Assembly: GCA_035711365.1 (NCBI GenBank)
Contig: DASTCF010000195.1
Span: 6,644 to 70,643, forward strand
Source: Gemmatimonadales bacterium
Lineage (GTDB): Bacteria; Gemmatimonadota; Gemmatimonadetes; Gemmatimonadales; GWC2-71-9
Direction of reading: 5' to 3'
DNA length: 64,000 bases
Shown piece by piece: positions 40,855 through 50,920 of the stretch (positions within the stretch are counted from its first letter, which is position 1; each line of letters begins with the position of its first letter). Below the pieces are notes generated by a model, which was given only the letters and a program-made list of their open reading frames with translations, made no database searches and was not told the DNA's origin. Both the position numbers and the translations under genes were made by a program.

Positions 40855-42441
40855 CTAGTGGGCCAGCCCGCCGCCCTTCGCCCGGCCGGTGCGGAACAGG
40901 AACAGCAGCGGCAAGGCCAGCGCGAACGTCACGCCCATTGTGAGGAACACCTTCTCGAACGAGATCACCGATGCCTGCGCATCCACCACCCGTTCGAGAA
41001 CCGCGTGCGCCCGCAGCGACGCTTCGGCAGTCGTGCCGCCCTCTCGCAGGAAGACTCTCATCAAACCGTCGAGCCATTGCTGCGGCAACTGGGCCGTCAT
41101 CGCCAGGTGCGGCCGCAGTGCCTCCCGCGCCTGCTCCTGGAACCGGGCGAGCAGTGTCGCCGTGATGGCGATCCCGAAGCTGCCACCGAGCTGGCGCGAC
41201 AGGTTGAAGAGCCCCGTCCCCTGTGCCATTTCCCGGGGCGCCAGGTCGGCAACGGCCGCATTCGTCAGGGGCACGAAGATCAGTCCCATGCCCACTCCGC
41301 GCAGAATCATCGGCCAGAGCAGGTCGTGCATCCCGAGCTCGAGCGTGAAGTGGTAATGCTGCCACATCGACATGCCGAACAGCGCCACGCCGGTTGTGAT
41401 GCTCAGCCGGGCGTCGATCCGGCCGCTGAGCCTTCCGGCCACGCCCATCGTGACCGCACTGGCCAGCGCGCCGGGCAGGATCACCCTGCCGGTGTCCCAC
41501 GCGGTGTAACCGAGGAGCGACTGGAGGAATACCGGGAGGGCGAACACGCTCGCGTACAGGGCGAAGCCGAGCACCAGGCCGAATGCGACGCCGGCGCCAA
41601 GCTGCCGGTTGCCGAGAATGCGGAGGTTGACCACCGGATGCGGCGTGCTGAGCTCATGCCAGACGAAGAACACGAGTGCCGCCGCGGCCACGACCGCTTC
41701 GACGATGATTTCGCGTGACGCAAACCAGTCGTGGCTTTCGCCGCGCTCGAGCATGATCTGGAGCGCGCCGATGCCGGCGATCAGCAGGGCCAGCCCCACC
41801 CAGTCGACACGGTCGGGCACCTCGATGTGGTGCTCGGGTTCCGGCACGTAGCGCCAGGTGAGGGCGCCGGCCAGGATGCCGAGCGGCAGGTTGATGTAGA
41901 AGATCCACGGCCACGAGAAGTTGTCGGTGATCCACCCGCCAAGCGTTGGGCCGAGCGTCGGACCCACCATCACGCCCACCCCGAAGATGGCCATGGCGGT
42001 GCCGGCCTCCCGGCGCGGAAACACGTCGAAGAGGATCGCCTGTGCGGTCGAGATGAGCGCGCCGCCACCGAGCCCCTGCACGACGCGCCAGAAGACGAGG
42101 CTCTCGAGCGTCGTGGCATTGCCGCAGAAGAGCGAGGCCATCGTGAAGAGGGCGATCGATCCGGTGTAGTAGTTGCGCCGGCCAAGCCGCTCGGAGAGCC
42201 AGCCGGTGAGCGGCAGCACGATGACGTTGGCGACGATGTACCCGGTGCTGACCCAGGCGATCTCGTCCAGCGTCGCGCCCAGGTTCCCCATCATGTGCGG
42301 GATCGCGACATTCACGATGCTCGTGTCCACGAGCTCGAGGACGCTTGCGAGCGTCACCGCGAAGGCGATGAGATACCGGGCGCCATAAACGTCGGCGCGC
42401 GCGAGTTGCCGCCCGGGCAGGGGAAGAGCGAGGGAGGTCAC
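40855..42441 (-). CDS. MFS drug efflux transporter, DHA2/EmrB-QacA type (14 TMS)
   Basis: 528 aa with N-terminal LDTSIVNVAIPHM and WLSERLGRR motifs. Confidence 0.9.
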   Translation of the reverse strand: MTSLALPLPGRQLARADVYGARYLIAFAVTLASVLELVDTSIVNVAIPHMMGNLGATLDEIAWVSTGYIVANVIVLPLTGWLSERLGRRNYYTGSIALFTMASLFCGNATTLESLVFWRVVQGLGGGALISTAQAILFDVFPRREAGTAMAIFGVGVMVGPTLGPTLGGWITDNFSWPWIFYINLPLGILAGALTWRYVPEPEHHIEVPDRVDWVGLALLIAGIGALQIMLERGESHDWFASREIIVEAVVAAAALVFFVWHELSTPHPVVNLRILGNRQLGAGVAFGLVLGFALYASVFALPVFLQSLLGYTAWDTGRVILPGALASAVTMGVAGRLSGRIDARLSITTGVALFGMSMWQHYHFTLELGMHDLLWPMILRGVGMGLIFVPLTNAAVADLAPREMAQGTGLFNLSRQLGGSFGIAITATLLARFQEQAREALRPHLAMTAQLPQQWLDGLMRVFLREGGTTAEASLRAHAVLERVVDAQASVISFEKVFLTMGVTFALALPLLFLFRTGRAKGGGLAH

Positions 42442-42448
42442 GGCCGGA

Positions 42449-43549
42449 TCAGCGGGTGCGGATCGTCACTTCGGCCGAGAGGCCGGGCCGGAGCGGGAAC
42501 GCCGGATCGGGGTCGCCGTCGAGCGCGATCCGCACCGGCACCCGCTGCACCACCTTCGTGAAGTTGCCGGTCGCATTGTCCGGCGGGAGCAGGGCGAAGC
42601 GCGCCCCCGTGGCCGGGCTCACGCTCTCCACCACGCCACGGAAAGTCTTGCCGGGATACGCGTCCACGCTGAAGGTCGCCGGGTCGCCGGTGGAGACATC
42701 CTCCATCTGCGTCTCCTTGAGGTTGGCGGTCACCCAGATGTCGTGCAGCGGGACGACGGCCAGCAGTGTCTGGCCTGGCTGCACCAGCTCGCCAGGCTCC
42801 ACCTTACGTGTGGCGACGACGCCCCGCGCCGGCGCGACGATCGCGGTGTAGCTGAGCTGGAGCCGGGCGTTTTCCACTGCGGCCTCCGCCGCGGCGAGGC
42901 GGGCATCCGCTCCCCGGAGCGCCGCGGTCGCCGCCGTCACCTGTTCATCGGCGGCCCCGGCCTGGCGCCGTGCGGCGTCCAGGTTGGCCTGGGCCACGGC
43001 GTAGGCAGCTTCGGCGGCATCGAGTTGCTGCTCGGAGACGATCCGTTGCCCGGCGAGGCCGCGCACCCGCGCGACGTCGGCGGCCGCCTTTCGGAGCGCG
43101 GCTTCGGCCGAGGCGATGTTGGCCTCGGCGCTTCCCGCCGTCGCGCGGCTCGCCGCGAGCTGGGCCTGCGCCTGCCCGGCCCGGCTCCGCGAGCCCGCCA
43201 TCGCCCGTGCGACGGCCAGGTCCGCCTCCGCCTGCTGCAGCCGCACCTGCCAGTCACGGCCATCGAGCAGCACGAGCGTGTCGCCCGCCTCGACCGGTTG
43301 ATTGTCGTCGACGAAAACGCGCGCCACGAAGCCGCCCACCTTCGGCGCCACCGGGGTGACGTGGCCGTCCACCTGGGCATTGTCGGTCGTGACGTGCGTG
43401 CGCGCGAACAGCCAGGTCCGCAGACCCCACGCACCGGCCGCGAGCGCCAGGATGCCGAGAATCAGCAGCGGACGCTTCGAGGCGGTGCGGGCAGCGGACA
43501 CATCGGAATCTGCACTCGGCGCCATATCGGGCCGCACTGTTGTTGCCAT
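42449..43549 (-). CDS. HlyD/EmrA-family membrane fusion protein
   Basis: 366 aa. N-terminal TM anchor, TTDNAQVDGHV lipoyl-like start, long Ala-rich coiled coil and a beta-barrel C-terminus. Confidence 0.88.
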   Translation of the reverse strand: MATTVRPDMAPSADSDVSAARTASKRPLLILGILALAAGAWGLRTWLFARTHVTTDNAQVDGHVTPVAPKVGGFVARVFVDDNQPVEAGDTLVLLDGRDWQVRLQQAEADLAVARAMAGSRSRAGQAQAQLAASRATAGSAEANIASAEAALRKAAADVARVRGLAGQRIVSEQQLDAAEAAYAVAQANLDAARRQAGAADEQVTAATAALRGADARLAAAEAAVENARLQLSYTAIVAPARGVVATRKVEPGELVQPGQTLLAVVPLHDIWVTANLKETQMEDVSTGDPATFSVDAYPGKTFRGVVESVSPATGARFALLPPDNATGNFTKVVQRVPVRIALDGDPDPAFPLRPGLSAEVTIRTR

Positions 43550-43573
43550 GGTCGAATCCGTAAGAGCGAAGGG

Positions 43574-44884
43574 TTACTGGAGCCGCTCGAGCACACCGAG
43601 GGATCGATAGAGGGTGATGCGGGAGATGCCATAGGCCGCGCGGGACTGAATCACCGCGTCCCGGGCGTTCACGACCGCCTGCTGGGCCTGCGTCGTCTCC
43701 ACGCTGCCCGCGACTCCCGCGCGGAAGCGCTCGTCGGCCTGCGAGAACTCGAGCTCGGCGAGACGCAGCCGCTCCGTGGCGATCCGCACGCCATCCGAGG
43801 CGCTGGCCAGATCGAGCAGCGACTGCCGGGTCTCCTGCTCGGCCTGCTGTTCGACGTCCCGCTGGCGTACGTGCTGGGCCTCGAGCCGCAGCGACTGTTC
43901 GGCGTGGCGGCGCTGGCGGCGGAATCCGTCGAGAATCGGGACCTGCAGGCCGAATTGCAGCTGATAGGAATAGCTCAGCTCGTCCGTCTGCGGTCCGCTC
44001 GTCTGCCAGGTGCCGGAGAACCCGAGGCTGGGCAGGTTTTCGTAGCCGATGGCCCGCCGGGTCTGCATGACGGCGTTGGTCCGCTCACGCTCGGCCTGAA
44101 CATCGGTGCGGTGCTCCAGGGCGTACGCCACGGCCTCGGCCGGAACCGTCGGCACGTCCACCGCCGGAGTGCCCAGGCTGTCCACCAGCAGCGGCGACGC
44201 GCTGAGCGGCAGGTTCAGCGCCCGCATCAGGTCGAGCTGCGCGCGGTCCCGCTGATTGCGGGCCACGAGAAGCTGGAGCTGCACGGCCGCGCTGTTGACC
44301 TCGTTCCGGGTCAGATCGATGACCGGCGTGACCCCGGCCTCGTGAAGCCTCCGCGCCTGGTCCAGCAGGTTGGCGGCGAGGGCGCTGTCGGCCTCGCGGG
44401 CGTGCACCGTCTCCCCGGCAGCCTGCGCGCGGAGGTACGCGAGGCCGGCTGCCGCGCCGGCCAGCTCGCCGGCAAAGCGCGCGTCGAGACCCGCCGCCTG
44501 GGCGGAGTCGGAGATTGATTTCACTCGCGTGAAGGCGCTCGCGTCGAAAATGACCTGGCTCGCCCGGAGTTGCGCGGCGTAGATCGTGAACGGGTCCGTG
44601 ACGCCGGTCGCCACGGGAATCCCGAATTCATCGAGGTTTCTCGTCTGCGGCGCTACGCCCAGTGCGCCCGAGATCTGCGGCAGGATGTCCGCGCGGCGCT
44701 GGCCCACGCGGGTGCCGACGACCCGGGCATTCATGTTGGCGAGAGTTGCCGCGACCGCCTGTTGCCGCCCGAGCGCGATGGCCTCGAGCAGCGACAGCCG
44801 GTCGGGCGCGACGGCCGGGGCCTGCGCGGCAAGCGGCGCCGCGACGAGGGCGAGAAGCAGCGGGAGCGGGCGGCGCAGAGTCAT
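43574..44884 (-). CDS. TolC-family outer-membrane efflux channel
   Basis: ATG 44884 within ORF 43574..45238. Signal peptide ending PLAAQA. Two repeated TolC halves. Confidence 0.85.
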   Translation of the reverse strand: MTLRRPLPLLLALVAAPLAAQAPAVAPDRLSLLEAIALGRQQAVAATLANMNARVVGTRVGQRRADILPQISGALGVAPQTRNLDEFGIPVATGVTDPFTIYAAQLRASQVIFDASAFTRVKSISDSAQAAGLDARFAGELAGAAAGLAYLRAQAAGETVHAREADSALAANLLDQARRLHEAGVTPVIDLTRNEVNSAAVQLQLLVARNQRDRAQLDLMRALNLPLSASPLLVDSLGTPAVDVPTVPAEAVAYALEHRTDVQAERERTNAVMQTRRAIGYENLPSLGFSGTWQTSGPQTDELSYSYQLQFGLQVPILDGFRRQRRHAEQSLRLEAQHVRQRDVEQQAEQETRQSLLDLASASDGVRIATERLRLAELEFSQADERFRAGVAGSVETTQAQQAVVNARDAVIQSRAAYGISRITLYRSLGVLERLQ

Positions 44885-44886
44885 GG

Positions 44887-45552
44887 TCAGGATACCGGGC
44901 CGGCCACAGGACGAGCCTCGACGCCGCGCAGGAAGAGATCGAGGATGCCCTCGAGCACCTGGTCGTCGGTGAGCAGCTCGGGATCCATGGCGTGGAAGAA
45001 GCACTGCGTCTGAGCGGAGAAGACCATCATGTGGGGCAGACCGCGGCACGCGAAACGCTGGAGGTCGGCGCGGAACTCGCCACTCGCGACGCCGCGATCC
45101 AGTACGGACTGCAGGAGCCGGCGGCCGCGGAGTATGACCTCGTCGAAGTAGAAGCGGGCAAGCTCCGGGAAGTTGTGGAGCTCCGACTGTACCAGCCGGG
45201 TGATGCTGGCCATCGCGGGATGGCGGATGGTGTCCCACATCCGGCGCACCAGCTCGACGAGGAGGTCGCGCGCCGGGCCTTGATAGGTGCGTACGAATTC
45301 TTCACCGGCCGCGACCGAAGGGACGATGCGGGCCCGCACCATCTCGCGAAAGAGCGTCTCCTTCGAGTCGAAGTAGAGATACAGCGTGCCTTTGCTCACC
45401 CCCGCCCGGCGCGCGACGTCCTCGAGCTTCGCGCGGGCAAACCCCTGCTCACCGAAGACCACCTGCGCGGCCGCGAGGATCTCTTCCGGGCGTGCGTTTG
45501 GGCGGCGGTGCCAGCGGGGCTGACGGACGGTGGGGCGACGCGCAGGCACCAT
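44887..45552 (-). CDS. TetR-family transcriptional regulator
   Basis: 221 aa with HTH block FARAKLEDVARRAGVSKGTLYLYFDSKE. It is the first gene of the efflux operon. Confidence 0.9.
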   Translation of the reverse strand: MVPARRPTVRQPRWHRRPNARPEEILAAAQVVFGEQGFARAKLEDVARRAGVSKGTLYLYFDSKETLFREMVRARIVPSVAAGEEFVRTYQGPARDLLVELVRRMWDTIRHPAMASITRLVQSELHNFPELARFYFDEVILRGRRLLQSVLDRGVASGEFRADLQRFACRGLPHMMVFSAQTQCFFHAMDPELLTDDQVLEGILDLFLRGVEARPVAGPVS

Positions 45553-45569
45553 GACACTCCGTTTAAGTA

Positions 45570-45583
45570 ACTGACCGGTCAGT
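45570..45583. promoter_or_regulatory. perfect 14-bp palindrome, candidate TetR operator
   Basis: ACTGACCGGTCAGT, located 18 nt upstream of the tetR ATG in an AT-rich patch. Confidence 0.45.
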
Positions 45584-45643
45584 AAGATATATTTTCTGGC
45601 AGCGCTGTCAAGACCTCCGCCCGCCTGTGGGTGTGAGGCGCAA

Positions 45644-45654
45644 CTGACTGTCAG
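45644..45654. promoter_or_regulatory. second palindrome sharing the AACTGAC half-site
   Basis: CTGACTGTCAG preceded by AA, as at the first site. It lies in the same divergent spacer. Confidence 0.35.
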
Positions 45655-45720
45655 AGCTTCTCTTGCGTGGGACCCTGCCTGCCCCTACTATTGATCATAC
45701 CGCCTCCGGAGGCCTCGCCG

Positions 45721-46839
45721 ATGTCGGAACGCTTCCTCAGCTCCGACGAATACGACGAACACGCCCATTCCCTCTATAATGAAGGCCGGTACGACGAAGC
45801 CCTGGAGATGCTCCGAGACGGACTCTCCCTCTATCCCCACGCCGTCGAATTGCATGTCGGCATGGCCTACGCCTACCTCGCGCGCGAGGATTATGCGTGG
45901 GCGCGCCGGAGCTTTGAGCGCGCCGTCGCCGTTGATCCCGAGCACGAGGATGCCCTGGCGGGGCTGGGTGAGATCCTGCTCAAGATCGGGGATCGGGGTG
46001 GAGCGCTGGCCGCGTTTGAACGGGTGGTGGCGCTCGGATTCCGCGACGACCACGAGCTGATGCTCCAGGTGGGCCGCGCCCTCTTCCGCGAGGGGCTGCT
46101 CGCGCAGGCGCATCGCTTCTTCGAGTTCGCGATTTCGGCGCACCCCGATTCTCCCGAAGCCGCGGCCTGCGTCGGCTACGCCTCGCATCGCCTCGGCAAT
46201 GACAGCAGCGCGCTGTACTGGCTGCGCCGTGCCCTCGAGATCGATCCCACGTATGGCGAGGCGCGCATCTATCTCGCCAACCTGCTGTACGACCGGGGTG
46301 AATCCGAGGCGTCGCTGCACCACCTCGAGCGCACCCATCCCGAAGAGCATTTCGACGAGCTCGCGTTGTGGCGCTACATCGAGCTCAAGAAGACCCTCTA
46401 CCGCCTCCCCGACGACGATCCCGAGCTGGCACCCTGGCTCGCACGGCTCGGCGAGGTGGCGGCCGAGCCGGACTCCGTGGATATGCTCCTGGCGGAAGTC
46501 GAGTCGCAGCAGCCGGACGGCAGCATCCGCGATCCGAACCAGCTCGAGCTCTTCGGCACGCTCCTCACCGAGCTCCAGGCGATGCAGAAGCGGCCGAACA
46601 CCGGCGAATCGCATCTCGTCGCGACGCTGTCCGGCCACCTGTTCAACGGCACGTGGGAGGAGATCCTGCTCCAGATGAAGGCGGCCGACATGGAATGGGC
46701 GGCTGCCACCCTCGCGGATTTCATGGCCGGGCTCGCACGCCGGGGCCAGGCCGAAACCGGCATCGTCATCCCCGTGACCGACGCGGAGGCCTTCATCCGT
46801 GGCAGCGCGGAGGCGGGAGTCCTGCGGATCATTCAGTAG
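45721..46839 (+). CDS. TPR-repeat protein
   Basis: ATG 45721 within ORF 45667..46839. Several 34-aa TPR units (YNEGRYDEALEMLRDGLSLYP, AYLAREDYAWARRSFERAVAVDP...). Confidence 0.8.
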   Translation: MSERFLSSDEYDEHAHSLYNEGRYDEALEMLRDGLSLYPHAVELHVGMAYAYLAREDYAWARRSFERAVAVDPEHEDALAGLGEILLKIGDRGGALAAFERVVALGFRDDHELMLQVGRALFREGLLAQAHRFFEFAISAHPDSPEAAACVGYASHRLGNDSSALYWLRRALEIDPTYGEARIYLANLLYDRGESEASLHHLERTHPEEHFDELALWRYIELKKTLYRLPDDDPELAPWLARLGEVAAEPDSVDMLLAEVESQQPDGSIRDPNQLELFGTLLTELQAMQKRPNTGESHLVATLSGHLFNGTWEEILLQMKAADMEWAAATLADFMAGLARRGQAETGIVIPVTDAEAFIRGSAEAGVLRIIQ

Positions 46840-46852
46840 TACCTTTCGCTTC

Positions 46853-49465
46853 ATGCCTCCCTTCGCTTCCTGGACCGCCGGCGTGCGCCGGCGGGTCCTT
46901 CCCAATGGCCTGACACTCCTGGTCCAGCGTGAACCCTCGGCTCCTGCCGCCGCGGTCATCACGCACGTGCGCGCCGGCTTCTTCGATGAGCCGGATCGCT
47001 GGGCCGGCATCTCGCACGTGCTGGAGCACATGTTCTTCAAGGGCACGCCGTCCCGCGGAGTGGGCGAGGTGGCGCGGCAGACGAAGGCGGCCGGCGGGTA
47101 CCTGAACGCCGGCACGTCGTACGACTACACGATGTACTACACCGTGCTTCCGGCAGATCACCTCGAGAACGCGCTCGACATCCAGGCCGACGCCCTGCAG
47201 CATGCATCGCTCGACGCGGGGGAGCTCGCGCGCGAGCTTCGGGTGATCATCCAGGAGGCCCGTCGCAAGCGCGACGCGCCGGGAAGCATGGCCCAGGAAA
47301 CGCTGCACGAGGTGCTGTTCGACCGGCACCGTATCCGGCGCTGGCGCATCGGCCAGGAGGCGGAGCTGGCGAAATTCACCCGCGAGGATGTCGCCGGCTA
47401 CTACGGCTCGCGCTATGTGCCGGGGCGCACCATCGTCGCGATCGTCGGTGATGTGGATCCCGATCGGGCGCTCGCGCTCGCGGAGGCGCGCTATCGCGCC
47501 TGGCCCGCCATGGCTGGCGCCGTGGACCCCTCGCCGGAAGAACCGGCGCGGCGCGATGTGCGCGCGCGTACCCTGCGCGGTCCGATCACGCAGTCCCACC
47601 TGGTGATCGGCTGGCGCGGCGTCCCGCCGCTCCATCCGGACTCGCCCGCGCTCGACCTCGCGGCCGCCGTGCTCGGGCAGGGACGCGGAGGGTGGCTCTA
47701 CACCGGTCTCCGCACTCCGGGGATCGCGACCTCGGTCGCTGCGTGGAATTATGCCCCCACAGAACTTGGCGTCTTCAGCATCGCGGTCGAGCTGGAGGCT
47801 GAGCGGGTGCCGGCGGCTCTCGGACAGATCGCCGGGGCGGTGCAGCGCCTGCGAACCGCCGGCCCGACCCGGGACGACGTCGAGCGTGCGCGGGCGCTAC
47901 TGCTCACGCGCTGGGCCCGGCGCCTGGAGTCAACCGACGGCCGTGCCGGCGCGCTCGCCGCTTCGGAGGCGCTCGGCAGCGTGGACCTGCTCGACGAGGA
48001 ATTCGCGCGGCTTGCCCGCGTCACTGCGGAGGAGGTCCGCGACGTCGCGTCCCGACACCTGGATCCGGCAGCCATGGGCGCGGTGGCCTATCTCCCCGAC
48101 GGCCGGGGCGAGGATCTTACCGCCGCGGCGCTCACCGGAGCATTCACCGACCCGCCGCCTCCGCCTCCGGCCCGGACCGTCCCCCGCCTCGAGGCGGTAC
48201 CGGCGGATGGACGCGTCACCGGCCGTTCGCGAGCGGAGGTGCTGCACGTCGCACTCGAGGGAGTGGACCTGCTGCTCCGGCCGAAGCGCGGCGTTCCGAC
48301 GGTGACGGTGGGGGTCTACACCCTCCGGCCCCGCGGCGAAGAGCCGGTCGAGGCGGGGATCGGGGCATTGGCCCTCCGCGCCGCGCTACGCGGCGCGGCC
48401 GGGTTCGACGCCGAGGATCTCGCGATCGCTGCCGAGCGGCTTGGCGGAAGCCTGGGCTGGAGCGCCGGCAGTGACTGGCTCGGCTTCGGCGCGACCGTGA
48501 TGGCTCGGGAGCACGGTCGTGCCGCCCAGCTGCTGCGGACCTGCCTCGAAGCCCCGAGATTCGACACGAAGGACGTGGTGCGCGAGCGTGACCTGATGGT
48601 CGAAGAGGCGAAGCAGGTCGCGGATGACACGTTCCAGTATCCGTTCCAGCTGGCGTTCGGCGGGGCGTTCGGGGATCGGGGCTACGGACTCCCGGCCACC
48701 GGCCTCCCCGAGACGTTGCAGCACATCACGCCGGCACGGGTGGCTGCGTGGCATGCGGCGGAGCTTCGCGGGAGCCGGCTCACGGTGCTCGCGGTCGGGG
48801 ATCTGGAACCGCAGCCCGCCGCGGACACTCTCGCGGCGGTCTTCCGGGACTGGCGGGGCTCGGCGCCACGGTCACCTGTCGCTGAAGCGTGGCGCGCGGA
48901 CGCGCTCACCGAGCGGGCCGTGAGCCTCGGCAAGGCACAGTCCGCGTTTGCGATGCTCTTTTCGGGTCCGGCGCGCCGGGATCGCCTGCGGCACGCGGCC
49001 GAGGTGTGGGCCGCGGTGGCGAGTGGACTCGGTGGCCGCCTGTTCGACGCATTGCGTGAGCGGCGCTCGCTGGCGTACACGGTCCTGGCCAGCACCTGGC
49101 AGCGGGGCCGGGCCGGTGCGCTCGCGACGTACATCGCGACGGCGCCGGAGCGCGAGGAGGAAGCGCGCGCGGCGATGCTGGAGGAACTCGCGCGCTTCGC
49201 GCGCGAGCCGATTTCACCCGTCGAGCTGAATCAGGCGATCGGGTACCTGGCGGGGCAGGCGGTGGTCCGCCGGCAGAGTTCCGGCAGCGTTGCTGCGGAG
49301 CTGCTCGACGCCTGGCTGGTTGGCGAAGGGCTCGGCGAGCTGGAGGATCCCGCGGCGCCGTTCCGGCAGGTGACGGTCGAGGATGTCTGGGAGGTTGCGC
49401 GCGAATCGCTCCGACCGGAGCGGCGCGCGGAGGGTATCGTCCGCGGGAGGGCGGAACCGGCCTAG
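46853..49465 (+). CDS. M16-family (pitrilysin-like) zinc peptidase, tandem double unit
   Basis: ATG 46853 within ORF 46799..49465, giving 870 aa. HxxEH zinc motif HVLEH in the first unit; the second unit lacks it. Confidence 0.88.
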   Translation: MPPFASWTAGVRRRVLPNGLTLLVQREPSAPAAAVITHVRAGFFDEPDRWAGISHVLEHMFFKGTPSRGVGEVARQTKAAGGYLNAGTSYDYTMYYTVLPADHLENALDIQADALQHASLDAGELARELRVIIQEARRKRDAPGSMAQETLHEVLFDRHRIRRWRIGQEAELAKFTREDVAGYYGSRYVPGRTIVAIVGDVDPDRALALAEARYRAWPAMAGAVDPSPEEPARRDVRARTLRGPITQSHLVIGWRGVPPLHPDSPALDLAAAVLGQGRGGWLYTGLRTPGIATSVAAWNYAPTELGVFSIAVELEAERVPAALGQIAGAVQRLRTAGPTRDDVERARALLLTRWARRLESTDGRAGALAASEALGSVDLLDEEFARLARVTAEEVRDVASRHLDPAAMGAVAYLPDGRGEDLTAAALTGAFTDPPPPPPARTVPRLEAVPADGRVTGRSRAEVLHVALEGVDLLLRPKRGVPTVTVGVYTLRPRGEEPVEAGIGALALRAALRGAAGFDAEDLAIAAERLGGSLGWSAGSDWLGFGATVMAREHGRAAQLLRTCLEAPRFDTKDVVRERDLMVEEAKQVADDTFQYPFQLAFGGAFGDRGYGLPATGLPETLQHITPARVAAWHAAELRGSRLTVLAVGDLEPQPAADTLAAVFRDWRGSAPRSPVAEAWRADALTERAVSLGKAQSAFAMLFSGPARRDRLRHAAEVWAAVASGLGGRLFDALRERRSLAYTVLASTWQRGRAGALATYIATAPEREEEARAAMLEELARFAREPISPVELNQAIGYLAGQAVVRRQSSGSVAAELLDAWLVGEGLGELEDPAAPFRQVTVEDVWEVARESLRPERRAEGIVRGRAEPA

Positions 49466-49920
49466 AAGATCGACATCGCCAGGATCGACCGGAGGTTGTC
49501 GTTCGTCGCGCGGAGCCGCAGGGCGAGCAGCCGGACCATTGAGCGCAGCACCTTCGCGGCCAGGTCGGGCTCGAAGTCGAGCAGCATCTCCAGCTCGGAC
49601 CGCGAAATCGTCGCCAGCGTGCAGCCGCCGTTCGAGATCGCGTCGGTGGACCGCTCCGAGCGGTCGAAGACGGCCATCTCACCGAAGCATGCGCCCGGCT
49701 TGAGCACGGCGAGCGCCTCTTCGCCGCTGCCGGGGATCTGGCGGCTGATGCGAACTTCGCCCTGCGCGATCAGGAAGAGGCGGTTCCCGGGGTCGCCCTC
49801 TTTGAAAATGGTCTCGCCGGGCTGGTATGTTTGTTCGCGGCAGATATCGGCCACCTTGCCGAGCTCGGTGTCGTCCAGGCCGGCGAAGATGGCCGTCTGC
49901 CGGAGCAGCGCGAGATCCAT
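49462..49920 (-). CDS. stand-alone cyclic-nucleotide-binding domain protein
   Basis: ATG 49920 within ORF 49462..50613, giving 152 aa. cNMP cassette FKEGDPGNRLFLIAQGEV..GACFGEMAVFD..RSTDA. No output domain. Confidence 0.8.
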   Translation of the reverse strand: MDLALLRQTAIFAGLDDTELGKVADICREQTYQPGETIFKEGDPGNRLFLIAQGEVRISRQIPGSGEEALAVLKPGACFGEMAVFDRSERSTDAISNGGCTLATISRSELEMLLDFEPDLAAKVLRSMVRLLALRLRATNDNLRSILAMSIF

Positions 49921-49950
49921 GTCGAGCCCGAGGCCGGGCAGGGGCTGAAG

Positions 49951-50499
49951 ATGACCGAAGCTACCCGCCCACCGAGGGGCCAGCAAGAGACGCCGCGCTT
50001 CGTCGCGGCGGATTTTTTCACACTGGTGCGGCTGCCGCTGGCTGTCGCATTCCCGATCGTCCAGAATGCAGGCACACGGCTGGTCATCCTCGCAGTGGCC
50101 GGCGCCACCGACCTGCTCGATGGCGTGCTGGCGCGGCGCTTCGGCAGCTCCCGGTTCGGGCCGGTCATCGATCCGGTCGCGGACAAGCTCTTCGCTGCGG
50201 CCGCCTTCGGCGTCGTACTCTTCTCCGGCAGGCTGGCGTGGTATGAGATCGCCGGCGTGCTGGCGCGCGACCTCGTGGCGACCGTGGCGTTCGCGGTCAC
50301 CGCGATCCGGGGCCGCGCAACCGCGATTCCCGCGCGTGCCGGCGGGAAAGCCGTCACGCTGCTGCAGCTCCTGACGTTGATCGCGTTCCTTCTCGACTCC
50401 CCGCTCCTTCGGCCGCTCGCCTGGGCGACGGCCGCCGTCGCGCTCTACGCGATCTGGGATTACGTCCGGATCGCCCCGAAAGCCAAACGTCCCGTGTAG
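49951..50499 (+). CDS. CDP-alcohol phosphatidyltransferase
   Basis: ATG 49951 within ORF 49831..50499. Signature DLLDGVLARRFGSSRFGPVIDPVADK. Confidence 0.85.
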   Translation: MTEATRPPRGQQETPRFVAADFFTLVRLPLAVAFPIVQNAGTRLVILAVAGATDLLDGVLARRFGSSRFGPVIDPVADKLFAAAAFGVVLFSGRLAWYEIAGVLARDLVATVAFAVTAIRGRATAIPARAGGKAVTLLQLLTLIAFLLDSPLLRPLAWATAAVALYAIWDYVRIAPKAKRPV

Positions 50500-50509
50500 G
50501 GAGCCTTCC

Positions 50510-50920
50510 ATGCCTGGCGAAACCAAGCACGTCAATGTCCGCTGGGTCGGCGGACTCCGCTTCGAGGGCGGGGCGCCCGATGGCCCCACCATCCCCGTCG
50601 ATGGAGACGGCATCCAGTCGCCGAGCCCGGTGCAGCAGCTCCTGATCGCGATCGCGGCCTGCAGCGGGGCCGACGTGGTGTCGATCCTCCAGAAGAAGCG
50701 GGTGGATCTCCAGTCGCTGACCGTCCGGGTCGCGGGCCTCCGCCGGGAGACCTTTCCCCGCCGCTACGTATCCGTCCACCTGGTCTGGGAGATCGCGGGC
50801 GCCGGCGCCGACGAGACCAAGGCGAGAGCGGCGATCGACCTCTCCCTCGAGAAGTACTGCTCGGTGACCCAGTCGCTGAATCCGGACATCCGCATCACAT
50901 ATGACGTCAAGCTGGGCTAG
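50510..50920 (+). CDS. OsmC-family protein
   Basis: 136 aa with the two conserved Cys contexts AIAACSGAD and KYCSVTQSL. Confidence 0.85.
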   Translation: MPGETKHVNVRWVGGLRFEGGAPDGPTIPVDGDGIQSPSPVQQLLIAIAACSGADVVSILQKKRVDLQSLTVRVAGLRRETFPRRYVSVHLVWEIAGAGADETKARAAIDLSLEKYCSVTQSLNPDIRITYDVKLG

